From NCBI GenBank assembly GCA_965231005.1, contig OZ246405.1, forward strand, positions 103,204 through 167,203: a stretch of DNA of 64,000 nucleotides. The letters are read 5' to 3'. Positions 28,303 to 38,820 of this stretch are shown here, piece by piece. A program made the position numbers and the translations under genes. This DNA comes from an uncultured Gammaproteobacteria bacterium. Lineage in GTDB: Bacteria; Patescibacteriota; Patescibacteriia; Magasanikbacterales; UBA922. The notes beneath the pieces are model-generated. The model searched no databases and had not been told where the DNA came from. It saw only the letters and a list, made by a program, of their open reading frames with translations. Within the stretch, counting starts at the first letter, position 1. Every line of letters begins with the position of its first letter.

Positions 28303-28446
28303 TTACCACAGATTTACCCCTGGTTGAAGCAATACCTTTGTCGTTGATCCCTTGGACTCTGATTCAATCTGAATCTTCATGACCGACAATGCACTGAAAA
28401 TCAACCACAGAAGAATCAACAACCTATGCAGTGTTTTCTTCTTCAT
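28303..28446 (-). CDS. 47-aa peptide with N-terminal signal/TM segment (MKKKTLHRLLILLWLIFSALSVMKIQIESESKGSTTKVLLQPGVNLW)
   Basis: Strong RBS AGGAGGTGAC 0 nt after the upstream stop and 5 nt before the ATG. Below the ORF-track cutoff. Shares a GC-rich island with the upstream ligase. Confidence 0.4.
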   Translation of the reverse strand: MKKKTLHRLLILLWLIFSALSVMKIQIESESKGSTTKVLLQPGVNLW

Positions 28447-28454
28447 GTCACCTC

Positions 28455-29213
28455 CTATGCAACAAGAGCTTGACTATCAAACCTGGCAACCTCCCAAACG
28501 AACTCTGCCCAATCAAGGACTGTTTCGATGTGCTTGGGAGTACCGAGCACGCGAAGCTCAGTCGTACCGAGAACAGTATTGCGGACAAACTCGTATCCCT
28601 GGTCGTCTGCGTGCTCAAGAAAATGATTCTCGTCACGAAAGATAATGGGCGGCACTTCTTGCGGAGCCATGCGTTCGTACAGCTGCAGACGCTTGCCATT
28701 GGAACTATCACCCATCTTCCTAAAGCGCGGCAGTCTTCTCTTGAGACGGTTACTCACCTGGACCTGATGGGCCAGATCTCTACAACCATAGTGGAAGTGA
28801 GTTCCAGCAACGCGGCACGCAGCACGGATCTTCCACTCTGGCATACTTGCTGCCATGGCAAGATACTTTGGATCTGGATAGATGTCATACGGCATATCTT
28901 CAGGAGCCGCCTCCATAGGAACGAGTAGCAGGCCCAGATACACAGCAACAGCTTCTCCTTGCTTCTTTGCTTTGTACAAACCAGCTCGCATTTCACTGAT
29001 ATTGGCGTATGGCTTTATCGGCCGAAACTCTACCTGACAACGCGAGAGTTCAAATGTCCACTCACCAGGAGCAAGCCTTGTCATGATCCTGAGAAACTCA
29101 ACTGCCTTCGGTGTTGGCAAGCCTGTTCTTGGATCTACAAGAAAGAACTCAAGTTCTGGACCAATGTACCCCACCCACTCTTGTTTGAAATGAACCTCGT
29201 TTGCAAAACCCAT
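28455..29213 (-). CDS. GCS2/YbdK-like carboxylate-amine ligase, short form (252 aa)
   Basis: GPELEFFLVD resembles the GxExE(F/Y)xLVD N-terminal motif. THFHYGC matches HVHVGC of YbdK. The C-terminal region is about 120 aa shorter than YbdK. GC-rich. Confidence 0.45.
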   Translation of the reverse strand: MGFANEVHFKQEWVGYIGPELEFFLVDPRTGLPTPKAVEFLRIMTRLAPGEWTFELSRCQVEFRPIKPYANISEMRAGLYKAKKQGEAVAVYLGLLLVPMEAAPEDMPYDIYPDPKYLAMAASMPEWKIRAACRVAGTHFHYGCRDLAHQVQVSNRLKRRLPRFRKMGDSSNGKRLQLYERMAPQEVPPIIFRDENHFLEHADDQGYEFVRNTVLGTTELRVLGTPKHIETVLDWAEFVWEVARFDSQALVA

Positions 29214-29580
29214 GATAACCTCCTTTCAGCACAGTTTTATGCTGGTCAATACCTGCACGCGCATTAACCAAAATAAAAAACTTCTCGTAATACCTGAGAA
29301 GTGTTTGAAGAACATAAACATCAGGTATTACAGATTGCGTAGTACCCACCACCAATTTTTAGAAATAATTACACGTGCATGCATATTATTTAGAAAATAT
29401 TTTTTAGGAATTCTATGAATATTACCACCAGGTCACCTAAATTTTTCACAACCAATATGACCAATAGTCCTCTTGTTATATTTTTGGAATCAATAACACC
29501 ATCCTCCTCTTCCAAACTGAATACTTCCTCCTGTCCTGGCAATAAAATTACATTTTGTCTCTTTTTCATACGCCATAAAC

Positions 29581-29613
29581 TTAAATAAAAACCACGGAGC
29601 GTACTCCGTGGAT
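29581..29613 (-). terminator. Rho-independent terminator after pspC-domain gene
   Basis: CCACGGAG cgta CTCCGTGG followed by TTTTTATTT on the minus strand. Confidence 0.7.
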
Positions 29614-29746
29614 GTTTATGTGTATGTGTTTTAACCAAACATTAACGGAGCACTAGTTTAAGTACCTTGCTCCAACGATGCGTTGTTAATATTTGATTTC
29701 TCATATGTATATACTATAGCCATTTAAACTATTGTTGTCAAACGAA

Positions 29747-29971
29747 CTATACAACCTCCCCATCTATTACAGATGGATCACCTTTTTCTGGAATAAGCCA
29801 GTATGCAATGAGGTAGAGAATGACAAGAGGAAAAAATCCTGTCAGTAATATGCCAAGCGCAAAAATGATTCGAACGACATTTGGATCGACTTTGAAATAT
29901 TCTGCGATCCCACCACAAACTCCTCCAATGAGTTTGTGTTTTTTTGATCTATATAGTTTTTTCATAAACAA
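29747..29971 (-). CDS. PspC-domain membrane protein
   Basis: KLIGGVCGGIAEYF motif; 74 aa. Confidence 0.7.
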   Translation of the reverse strand: MFMKKLYRSKKHKLIGGVCGGIAEYFKVDPNVVRIIFALGILLTGFFPLVILYLIAYWLIPEKGDPSVIDGEVV

Positions 29972-29981
29972 ATAAATTATA

Positions 29982-30518
29982 TTATTCTCTTTCTAAAAAT
30001 AAACGAAGCTTTGTTAACACTGCTATGGTCCATCCATTTTTTATTTCACCATCAACTATCATCTGCTCAATTTTTTCAATTGGAAATGTGTGGACTTCAA
30101 TTAGCTCTCCTTGATCTTGGCTTGTTTCTCCGAACTCAAGCCCTCTAGCTAGCAATATTGGTGTACTTGCACTATTAATCCCTGGATCAATTGTTAATTT
30201 CCCAAGTTCTATAACCTCTTTTGCAAAAATACCAGCTTCTTCTTTTAATTCACGTTTTCCAGCATCAATAGTACTTTCATCATCATTTCGATATCCATGC
30301 GGGAAATTCCATGTCCAATCTTTAATCGGATAGCGCCACTCTTTTAGAATAACAAGTTTTCCATCATCAGTCATTGGAACAATAAGTGGTGCACGCATAT
30401 CTCCCCTATCAATGAATGCATAGTCTGCAACTGATCCGTCTTTTCGCTCAACTGTATCAACAAAAAGCTTAACCCAATTATTTTCAAATTCTTTTCTTTG
30501 CTTAAGCTTCTTCATCAT
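29982..30518 (-). CDS. NUDIX hydrolase
   Basis: Nudix box GKRELKEEAGI. Confidence 0.75.
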   Translation of the reverse strand: MMKKLKQRKEFENNWVKLFVDTVERKDGSVADYAFIDRGDMRAPLIVPMTDDGKLVILKEWRYPIKDWTWNFPHGYRNDDESTIDAGKRELKEEAGIFAKEVIELGKLTIDPGINSASTPILLARGLEFGETSQDQGELIEVHTFPIEKIEQMIVDGEIKNGWTIAVLTKLRLFLERE

Positions 30519-30529
30519 ACAAAGAAATT

Positions 30530-32503
30530 TTATACTTCGATTACGACCGGCAATACCATTGGCCGCTTCTGTGTTTTAGTATAAATGAATTGACCAATTT
30601 TGTCTCGGACATCATTTTTAAACTGATTTGTGTCTACCCAATTTTTTGGATCACTTTCTGTTACCATTTTTTTCACTTTGTGACGGATGTCTTCGATCAG
30701 TTTTTTATTATCTTTCAAAAAGACAAAACCACGAGAAATAATATCTGGATTGTGAACCAATTTTCCAGTCTTAGCACGAACTGTTGCAATCACCACAACC
30801 ATACCATCTTCTGCAAGAACTTGACGATCTCTAAGAACAATATGCTGTGTGTCACTTACACCAAGTCCATCAACAAACACATAATCACTGACTGCTTTTT
30901 GTTTTAGTACTTCCAATCCTTTCTTGCTCAGTTCAATAACTGTTCCATTGTCTGGCACAACAATATTTTCTTTTGCAAATCCATGTTTTACAGCAAGTGT
31001 TTCTGCTTCTTTCAAAAAGAAATGGTTTGCATAGACTGGAACATAATAATCTGGTTTTACCTGATCAAGCATATCTGTAATGTCTGTTCGTGTTGCATGT
31101 CCACTAATATGAACATCCATAACATCACCGTGAATCACATTTTCACACTGTCGATAAATATTATCTTTTAAACGCTGGATAGTTCTTTCATTCCCTGGAA
31201 TGATGGAAGAGGAAAATACCACAGTATCATGCTTTCTGAGCTGTACTGTACGATGTCGTCCGCTTGCAATTCTATTGAGAACTGCATTTTCTTCTCCTTG
31301 CGCACCAGTACAAATGATAACCACTTTATTCTCTGGATATTTATCTACTTGCTTTACATCAATAAGAATTCCTTTTGGCAATTTTACATAGCCAAGCTCT
31401 TTTGCAATTTCAATATTCATTTTCATGCTATACCCATCGAGGGCAACAAGTTTCCCAAGTTTTTTTGCAGCTTCAATCACCCATTTTACTCGTTCAACTT
31501 GTGATGAAAATGTTGCAATCACAATTCTTCCAGGTGCGTCAGCAAGAATGTTCTGAAGATTCTCGTACATTTCCTTGTATGTCCCATGACGCTTTTCATT
31601 GAGAGAACCCAAACTTTCAAGCATGAGAATACTTGGGCGCTGTTTAATTTTTGCCAATTGATCGTACCGCAAATGAGTTTTTCCTTTTTCATCTCTTTCC
31701 ATAGTCCAATCACCAGGATGAATCACAGATCCTGCAGGTGTTTCTAACACAACACCCATAGAATCCATAATTGAGTGTTCAACTTGAAAAAACTTCGCTG
31801 TAAATTTTCCAAGTTTTACTTTATCTTTTAATTTTTTTACTGTAATTATTTTCAGCTTACTTGCTGTTCCCTTTTTATAATCTTCTTGCTTATGTTTTAT
31901 AAGTGCAAGTGTCAACGGACGAGCAACAATAGGTGGATTTCCTAATTTTTCTACAACAATAGGGGCGCCACCAATGTGGTCAAGATGACCATGCGTGAAA
32001 ATAACACCGCGAATATTTTTTTCTTTTCCTTCTAAGTACTTTGTATTCGGAATAATGTAATCAATTCCTGGTTGATCCTCTTCTGGAAACTGAATTCCAA
32101 TATCAATAATAACAATGTCATTTTCATATTCGAAAATGGTCATGTTGCGACCAACTTCTTCACACCCACCAATTGGAATAATACGCAATGTTCCTTTCTG
32201 AATTTTAGGGACTGCTTTTCTTTTTCCATTGTGTGCTTCACGAATATGAACACTTTTCCTTCTAGGAGGAGGGCTACTATTTCGCTTAAATTTTTTATGT
32301 CCCTTTTTTTGAGACTTAGCACGAGAAACTCCTTTCTTTGTACGAGCTTCTCCTTTTTTTGATGGACCTGTGTGTTTTCTTTGTTGCTCTTGTGAGCTTC
32401 CCTCAGAAGTACGTGTAGGCGTTCGTTTCGTCGTACTTCGTCTTGTTTTACGAGCACCACTGTTACGTCGAACCGCAGGTCCTTTTGGACGAGGTTTCAT
32501 CAT
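30530..32503 (-). CDS. rnj: Ribonuclease J (beta-CASP metallo-beta-lactamase) with roughly 100-aa basic S/T/K/R-rich N-terminal extension
   Basis: FTHGHLDHIGG motif, beta-CASP and C-terminal domain. The N-terminus MMKPRPKGPAVRRNSGARKTRR... is low-complexity basic. Confidence 0.85.
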   Translation of the reverse strand: MMKPRPKGPAVRRNSGARKTRRSTTKRTPTRTSEGSSQEQQRKHTGPSKKGEARTKKGVSRAKSQKKGHKKFKRNSSPPPRRKSVHIREAHNGKRKAVPKIQKGTLRIIPIGGCEEVGRNMTIFEYENDIVIIDIGIQFPEEDQPGIDYIIPNTKYLEGKEKNIRGVIFTHGHLDHIGGAPIVVEKLGNPPIVARPLTLALIKHKQEDYKKGTASKLKIITVKKLKDKVKLGKFTAKFFQVEHSIMDSMGVVLETPAGSVIHPGDWTMERDEKGKTHLRYDQLAKIKQRPSILMLESLGSLNEKRHGTYKEMYENLQNILADAPGRIVIATFSSQVERVKWVIEAAKKLGKLVALDGYSMKMNIEIAKELGYVKLPKGILIDVKQVDKYPENKVVIICTGAQGEENAVLNRIASGRHRTVQLRKHDTVVFSSSIIPGNERTIQRLKDNIYRQCENVIHGDVMDVHISGHATRTDITDMLDQVKPDYYVPVYANHFFLKEAETLAVKHGFAKENIVVPDNGTVIELSKKGLEVLKQKAVSDYVFVDGLGVSDTQHIVLRDRQVLAEDGMVVVIATVRAKTGKLVHNPDIISRGFVFLKDNKKLIEDIRHKVKKMVTESDPKNWVDTNQFKNDVRDKIGQFIYTKTQKRPMVLPVVIEV

Positions 32504-32626
32504 AATATTTGTAATGAATAGTATAGGAAATAGAGAAAACGTTATCTCTGTATCCTAATATAATAAAGTTAATATATTGTGTGCTGAGAAAAAGCCTCAA
32601 ACACGTGTACGGAAAATAAAGAAATC

Positions 32627-34681
32627 TTAGTTCTTATTTTTCCATTTCTTTTTAGTTTTTACGTACCATTTTGTCACGTCTGCAAAACGGTCTGTTGGAG
32701 AAAAAATATTTGTAACAGTCAATCCTTTAATCTTATCTGTTGTTGCGTATGTATATATAGGAGTATACAAGAAAATCGCAGGTTTGGCATCCAATACAAT
32801 ATCTTGAAATTGGATATATAGTTTCTTTCGCTCTTCTTCGTCTGTTGTTTCTCTTGCTTTTTCTAAAATACCATCTAATTTTCTATTTACATAACGAGAA
32901 AGATTCAATCCTGGGAAATCAATTTGACTAGAATGCCAGAACGGATACTGATCAGGATTCTCACCAACAATTAACCCATACAATAACACATCATATTTTC
33001 TGGTTTTCAATACTTCTCTTGTGATATCTTTTGATGACACATATTCAATACGTGTATTCACACCAATTTCTTGCCAATACCCAGCAATCAACTTTGATGC
33101 CTTTTCAAATTCAGGTGTATTACTTGTAACAATCGTAATTGTAAGAATATTGTCATCCTTATTTTTTCTATAAAATGTTTGCGCTTCATGCAACTCTTGA
33201 TCTAATTCCTTTTCAATCCTTTCTTCAAGCGCCAAACGAATTGATGACGTTGCATGTTCGTTTGTTGCCGCAGTATCTCCTTCTTCCCCTTCTGCTTCTG
33301 ATGCTTTCGCAGCCTCTTCTTCTTTTTTCAATTCTTCTTCAAATGATTTTAAGATATCTGCTTTACGGAGTTCACGATAATCAGCCGCACTAATGCGAGA
33401 CCATGTTTTGTCTAACAAATCATTTGCATCAGAAACACTGTATGGAACCTTTGTAATGTCAGGATTATGTCCAGGAGATCCAGGCAACAACGGACTATCA
33501 ATAACCTGTCCTTCTCCACCAATACTCTGACTTATAATTCTGTCTTTATCAAGTGCAATAGTGAGTGCTGTTCTAACATTTTTATCTTCAAGAACTGGTT
33601 GATTCTTTTGATTGAAAAATAACGCAGTATACTGTGGCAATCGCAATGTTCGAAGTTCAATATTTTTTCGCTCAACCTTTTCTCGCAAGTCATATGGTAC
33701 ATAGTTTAGAGAACCAATCTTTTGTTCTCTAATTGCACTGATTGCACCACTTGCACCTTCGTATTCAGGAAAGAAACGAAATGCAAATTCTTCAAGATAC
33801 GGAAGTTCATCATAATATGATTCAAATCGCTTCAACTCATAACTATAGATGAATCCTGTTTCGTCTTTTGCAAATTTTTTAAACATAAACGGTCCTGTTC
33901 CAATTGGCTGAATATTTTTCTGTGCCAATGTAACCCGTTCAGGACTAATATCAATCCAAATGTGTTCTGGAATGATTCCCACGACAAGAGATGAAAGAAA
34001 TGGTTGAAATGGATCTGAAAGAGTGAAGGTCACAGTATAATCATCTACTGCTTCAACAGCAATACCATCAAACGCCACACGAAGTGGACTACTTACCAAT
34101 GGATTTTGAATTGTTTCAATGGTAAAGACAACATCATATGCAGTAAATGGCTGTTCATCATGCCACAATACATCTTCGCGAAGTTTAAATGTATATACTT
34201 TTTCATCTTCACTTACTTGATAGGATGCAGCAAGATCTGGAACTAACTGTTGTTGGCTGTTATATCTCATCAATCCTGAATAAACCAAACGCACCAAATC
34301 TTTATCAACATCATTTACAGATGCAAACAAAGGATTAACACGTTGTAGAGATCCAACAACACCTTCTATATGTCTTCCACCTGATGCAGCAATTTCCTGT
34401 CGTTGTGTATTTATCAAAATCATCCCTGACCACACTATACTGACAACAAAAATAAGAAGGCTTATATGAAAAATCTGCGACTCACGACGAGTTAGAATTT
34501 TTTTAATATGTCTGATTTGATGAAAACGAGGAAATACTCGTTTATGCACTCGTCGTAACAATTCAATATCATGACGACGAGAAACCAGTGGCCTCACTCC
34601 ACGGAGACGATCAATTCGCTTTAGGAGTTTATGAAAGAATCTTTCACGCACAGTATTTATATCAACCTCGATACTCGGCAT
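32627..34681 (-). CDS. ABC transporter substrate-binding protein, family 5 (peptide/nickel type), membrane anchored
   Basis: 684 aa. N-terminal TM, SBP_bac_5-like core, E-rich insert. Confidence 0.7.
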   Translation of the reverse strand: MPSIEVDINTVRERFFHKLLKRIDRLRGVRPLVSRRHDIELLRRVHKRVFPRFHQIRHIKKILTRRESQIFHISLLIFVVSIVWSGMILINTQRQEIAASGGRHIEGVVGSLQRVNPLFASVNDVDKDLVRLVYSGLMRYNSQQQLVPDLAASYQVSEDEKVYTFKLREDVLWHDEQPFTAYDVVFTIETIQNPLVSSPLRVAFDGIAVEAVDDYTVTFTLSDPFQPFLSSLVVGIIPEHIWIDISPERVTLAQKNIQPIGTGPFMFKKFAKDETGFIYSYELKRFESYYDELPYLEEFAFRFFPEYEGASGAISAIREQKIGSLNYVPYDLREKVERKNIELRTLRLPQYTALFFNQKNQPVLEDKNVRTALTIALDKDRIISQSIGGEGQVIDSPLLPGSPGHNPDITKVPYSVSDANDLLDKTWSRISAADYRELRKADILKSFEEELKKEEEAAKASEAEGEEGDTAATNEHATSSIRLALEERIEKELDQELHEAQTFYRKNKDDNILTITIVTSNTPEFEKASKLIAGYWQEIGVNTRIEYVSSKDITREVLKTRKYDVLLYGLIVGENPDQYPFWHSSQIDFPGLNLSRYVNRKLDGILEKARETTDEEERKKLYIQFQDIVLDAKPAIFLYTPIYTYATTDKIKGLTVTNIFSPTDRFADVTKWYVKTKKKWKNKN

Positions 34682-34740
34682 ATGCCGAGTTCAAGAAATA
34701 TAATAATTAAAGGTTTTGGCAGCAAATGTTTATAAAAACA

Positions 34741-34959
34741 TTAGATGAGATGTGCTACAAGTGCAAAACCAAAGAAGAGAATAGATAGAACAATAGTGGT
34801 CTTATGTATGACCAAATCTATACCACGCTTTGTTGTAAACATTGTCCCAGAACCACCAAACGCAGCCCCAAGACCTGCACCTTTTTGCTGAAGCAAAATA
34901 GCGACAATAAGCAATATAGACAGGACAGCTTGTATAATTGTAAGAATGATTTCTACCAT
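34741..34959 (-). CDS. secG: Preprotein translocase subunit SecG
   Basis: 72 aa with LLQQKGAGLGAAFGGSG motif. The ORF track extends upstream into the repeat element. Confidence 0.75.
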   Translation of the reverse strand: MVEIILTIIQAVLSILLIVAILLQQKGAGLGAAFGGSGTMFTTKRGIDLVIHKTTIVLSILFFGFALVAHLI

Positions 34960-35049
34960 AGTGGAAGTATTATAGCAGCCATGAATGTTTCTATCAAATG
35001 GCAATACGAGAAAGATAATACTATATAGAGAGAAATTTGTCAATCCAAC

Positions 35050-35150
35050 AAAAGCCATAAAGGCCGTAAAGGCTCTAAAGGCTTTTTTAAACCCATGTTC
35101 TGTCCTGGTTAAACATTTACGGCATTTATGGCCTTTAAAGCCTTTTCGTA
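35050..35150. repeat. Copy 2 of the GCCTTTAAAGGC palindromic repeat family (two inverted half-arrays), directly abutting the rpmE promoter
   Basis: AAAGCCATAAAGGCCGTAAAGGCTCTAAAGGC ... ACGGCATTTATGGCCTTTAAAGCC. Confidence 0.7.
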
Positions 35151-35179
35151 TTGACAAGAAATTGTTCCCATGCTATACT
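35151..35179 (+). promoter_or_regulatory. Sigma70 promoter of rpmE (TTGACA-17-TATACT)
   Basis: Consensus hexamers with 17-bp spacing. Confidence 0.65.
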
Positions 35180-35234
35180 GCTGCCACTTTCAATATTAGG
35201 CAATTTGAGCCAAATTCTTATACACATTTTGTTT

Positions 35235-35570
35235 ATGAAAAAAGATATTCATCCAACAAGTCATCCTGTCGTTTTTGTCGATACTTCTTGTAATGAAGAA
35301 TTTATCACAACATCAACAATGACATCAGAAGAAACTCGAGATATCGATGGCGTAAAGCACTATGTCATCCATGTTGAAATTTCATCAGCGTCTCACCCAT
35401 TCTATACTGGGAAGCAAATTCTTATCGATACAGCACGCCGTGTTGAGAAATTTCAAGAACGTGCAAAGAAACAAGCTGCAGCTGCTGCAACAAGAAAAGG
35501 AAAAAAAGGAAAGAAAACAAAGGCTACTGCAAAGAAAGAAGAAAAAGCTACAAAAGAAACTTCAAAATAG
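35235..35570 (+). CDS. rpmE: 50S ribosomal protein L31 with K/A/E-rich C-terminal tail
   Basis: MKKDIHP..HPVVFVD N-terminus typical of L31. C-terminus is basic repetitive. Confidence 0.85.
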   Translation: MKKDIHPTSHPVVFVDTSCNEEFITTSTMTSEETRDIDGVKHYVIHVEISSASHPFYTGKQILIDTARRVEKFQERAKKQAAAAATRKGKKGKKTKATAKKEEKATKETSK

Positions 35571-35800
35571 CTTCGTCCATAGAAAGCAGGCGCGAATGCG
35601 TCTGTTTTTTATATGCTATAATGGAGCCAGATTAATAGAATCATATTATTAAAAACACTTCCCACCTTGCAATTTTGAAGAACCAAAATTCAAATAATGT
35701 TAGCGACATCCTTCGAAGCTCACCTGTATGAAGCGTGACACGTCAGTTGCGACTGACGTGCTGGAGCGAGTACAGAGATGAGCATAGGAGGATAAATTCT

Positions 35801-36871
35801 ATGAATGAAAAATATATACAATTGAAAGAAAAGTTCGAAAAACTTGAGCAAGATTTACAAAATCCTGCTGTTATTGGTGACCAAAAAAAGCTAAAAAGTA
35901 CCTCACAAGAATACAGCGAACTGAAGCCAATTGTTGAAAAAATATACATGTTTGAAAATGTTTCAAAAGAACTAGGAGAAACAGAAGCAATTATTGCAAG
36001 TGAACAAGACGAAGAGCTTCGCGTTCTTGCAGAAGGTGAAGTAATTCAGCTACGTGACAGAAAAAATACTCTTGAGGAAGAACTTACACTCCTAACACGA
36101 CCAAAAGATCCATTAGACAAAAAGAATGTCATTATTGAAATTCGTGCAGGAGCTGGTGGGGACGAAGCTGCATTGTTTGCTGGTTCACTTATGCGCATGT
36201 ATACAAAGTATGCTGAAAGTAAAGATTGGAAAACACAACTGCTCAGTGAAAATAGAATTGGTATTGGAGGATACAAAGAAGCAATCTTTTCAATTGAGGG
36301 AATAAATGTATACGCAGATATGAAATATGAAATGGGGGTTCACCGTGTACAACGTGTTCCTGAAACAGAAAAACAAGGACGAATCCATACATCAACCGCG
36401 AGTGTTGCTGTACTCCCAGAAATTGAAGAAGAAGAAATTGAAATTAAAGCGCAAGACCTTCGTATTGATACGTACTGTGCAAGTGGAAATGGTGGACAAA
36501 GTGTAAACACAACATATTCTGCTGTCCGCATCACACACGTCCCAACTGGGATTGTTGCGCAATGTCAGGATGAAAAATCTCAGATAAAAAATAAGAGCAA
36601 GGCTATGAGCGTGCTTCGAGCAAGAATCTTTGAGGCAGAGCAAGCAAAAAAGCAAGCAGAAATTGATTCAAAAAGAAAAAACCAAATTGGAACTGGAGAC
36701 AGAAGTGAAAAAATCCGTACATATAATTTCCCTCAAGACAGAATCACTGACCACAGAATTCACAAAAATTGGAACAATATAGAAACTATTCTCAATGGTG
36801 ATCTTGATTGTGTGATTAGCGCACTACGAGAAGCTGATTATGAAAAACGTGATCAAACACAAGACAGTTAA
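35801..36871 (+). CDS. prfA: Peptide chain release factor 1
   Basis: GGQ motif (GGQSVNTT) and RF1-type RVQRVPETE tripeptide region. RBS AGGAGGATAAATTCT then ATG. Confidence 0.9.
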   Translation: MNEKYIQLKEKFEKLEQDLQNPAVIGDQKKLKSTSQEYSELKPIVEKIYMFENVSKELGETEAIIASEQDEELRVLAEGEVIQLRDRKNTLEEELTLLTRPKDPLDKKNVIIEIRAGAGGDEAALFAGSLMRMYTKYAESKDWKTQLLSENRIGIGGYKEAIFSIEGINVYADMKYEMGVHRVQRVPETEKQGRIHTSTASVAVLPEIEEEEIEIKAQDLRIDTYCASGNGGQSVNTTYSAVRITHVPTGIVAQCQDEKSQIKNKSKAMSVLRARIFEAEQAKKQAEIDSKRKNQIGTGDRSEKIRTYNFPQDRITDHRIHKNWNNIETILNGDLDCVISALREADYEKRDQTQDS

Positions 36872-37673
36872 ACAGCTCCTTTTGCAGGCAGATATTGATG
36901 CACTTGATGCAGAAGTACTTCTTGCACACGTACTCGCGAAACCTCGCGAGTTTGTTGTTTCCCATCCAGAATATATTGCTGATGTGATCCAAAGAATACG
37001 GTTCTTCAATATGGTTCGAATGAGGAAAAAAGGATATGCTGTTGCACGGATTATAAGAACCAAAGAATTTTTTGGTTTTGATTTTACTGTAAACAAGCAC
37101 ACACTTATTCCTCGTCCAGATACCGAAATACTTGTAGAAGCAGCACTCAAGGAAGCGGCTGATATATTGATTGATGTGGGGACTGGTACTGGATGTATCC
37201 CAATTTCTATGTTAAAAAATATAAAAAATTCATATAAAAAAGTTTTTGCTATTGATATTTCAAAGCACGCACTTCGAGTCGCAAAAAAGAATGCTCAAAA
37301 ACACAATGTAGACATTACGTTTTTTAAAGGAAATCTTTTGCAACCAATATTGCATGAAAATTTGCAAAACAAAAAAATTATTATTACTGCAAACCTTCCC
37401 TACCTTACAGAAAAACAATTTCAAGACGAGCAGTCAATTCAACGAGAACCAAAAAACGCGCTTGTTGCAAATGACAATGGATTGGAATTATATAAAAAAT
37501 TAATAGATCAAATAAAAACACTCACTGCAACAGAGATAACCTGTTTCTTTGAAATTGATCCCTCTCAATCAAAAGCATTGAGTGCATATATTAAAAAAAT
37601 ACTTTCAAACACTTCTATTGAAATAAAAAAAGATCTTGCAGGGCAAGATCGGATTTTATCATTTAAAATATAA
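36840..37673 (+). CDS. prmC: Release-factor glutamine N5-methyltransferase PrmC/HemK
   Basis: [11 protein letters not shown] motif and NLPY catalytic motif. Overlaps the prfA end. Confidence 0.8.
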   Translation: MKNVIKHKTVKQLLLQADIDALDAEVLLAHVLAKPREFVVSHPEYIADVIQRIRFFNMVRMRKKGYAVARIIRTKEFFGFDFTVNKHTLIPRPDTEILVEAALKEAADILIDVGTGTGCIPISMLKNIKNSYKKVFAIDISKHALRVAKKNAQKHNVDITFFKGNLLQPILHENLQNKKIIITANLPYLTEKQFQDEQSIQREPKNALVANDNGLELYKKLIDQIKTLTATEITCFFEIDPSQSKALSAYIKKILSNTSIEIKKDLAGQDRILSFKI

Positions 37674-37674
37674 A

Positions 37675-38742
37675 TTAATCGTGCTCAACTTGAGCCCGTT
37701 GATTCACTACTTCAATCCAAATTTTTCCTGGCTTTAATGTAATGTCGTTTCCATCGCTGTCGAGCCATCTTGTTTTTTGCTTTCTGTCAGTTTTTACCCA
37801 CGCTCCATCAATTTTTAGCCCGTCTTTAAACACAGAAACAGGACCAGTTCCAAGTGTCTCAATTTCTAGCCGACCAATTGCATCAAGAACTGTTGATTTT
37901 ACATGTTGGACAATAATTGTGTCAACAATAATGGGACGTAGATCTTGATCTACATGTCGTTTCCCAACTTGATATCGTTCGTACTGAAGTGTGGTTGTAT
38001 TAAACTTCCACGATGCTTTGTAATTAGGAGCAAGAAATGTTACATCTAATTCATGAACACATGATTCATCTTCTATACATGGCTCAACAATATCAAACGC
38101 CCATGGCTTTGTACTTGTTGTCTCTGTTTCAACATAATAATCGTCCCACGCTTTATTCCAAAGTTCACTAGATGTATACGTATTGTGTGGTGCAAATCTA
38201 TCTTTACTTCTCCAATAATACCACCCACGATAAAATTCATTTAGGTTAAATATCTTATGCTCTTTAATAAGATCCAATGCTGCTGGTGAACCGCCAACAT
38301 GCATGTACATTGGATTTCCATATTCACTGAGCCAATCAAGAAAATATGGGCGCGCACTTCTTACTGGTCCAACCTTTTTCACATCTTCATCCTTTGGATA
38401 TACAAGCATAAAACGAGAATAATTTGCCTCTACCGGCGCTTCATATACAATGGCAGCGTCAACAAGTCCAGACTGTGGGCGCGCATGAACATGGTTTTCA
38501 ACCATCACAGCAATAATCTCTGGATCAATTTCTTTTTTCTTTTCAACACACACCCCATCAATAAGACGACGGTGATCACACCCCAAATCATCTGTTTGCT
38601 CATTTGAAATTAAATTTTCAATTGCTGTTTTTGGTGAATTTCCAATAACAAATTGATATCCAAACCAAATCAAAAGAAGCACTCCGGTTAGGAATACCAC
38701 TGCAGATAATATGTAGATATAGTCAATGTCCTTATTTTTCAT
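37675..38742 (-). CDS. Membrane-anchored hypothetical protein (possibly DUF3048/YerB-like)
   Basis: 355 aa, single N-terminal TM. No firm motifs. Confidence 0.45.
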   Translation of the reverse strand: MKNKDIDYIYILSAVVFLTGVLLLIWFGYQFVIGNSPKTAIENLISNEQTDDLGCDHRRLIDGVCVEKKKEIDPEIIAVMVENHVHARPQSGLVDAAIVYEAPVEANYSRFMLVYPKDEDVKKVGPVRSARPYFLDWLSEYGNPMYMHVGGSPAALDLIKEHKIFNLNEFYRGWYYWRSKDRFAPHNTYTSSELWNKAWDDYYVETETTSTKPWAFDIVEPCIEDESCVHELDVTFLAPNYKASWKFNTTTLQYERYQVGKRHVDQDLRPIIVDTIIVQHVKSTVLDAIGRLEIETLGTGPVSVFKDGLKIDGAWVKTDRKQKTRWLDSDGNDITLKPGKIWIEVVNQRAQVEHD

Positions 38743-38820
38743 AATTCTTCTTTTGTTAGATCAGTATACTACATCACTAAAATAAAAAACAGGCATTGTG
38801 GCCTGTTCTTTGTTGAAATA

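Noticed and set aside
29390-29638. 82-aa minus-strand ORF in the 530-bp gene-free region upstream of the ligase gene
   Set aside because: Spans the pspC terminator hairpin. No RBS. Probably non-coding promoter/leader DNA.
34985-35293. 102-aa ORF (..KAIKAVKALKAFLNP..) and 54480-54764 94-aa ORF (..MAFKAFKAFLAFL..)
   Set aside because: Pure translations of the GCCTTTAAAGGC palindromic repeat arrays. The same arrays elsewhere are not in ORFs.
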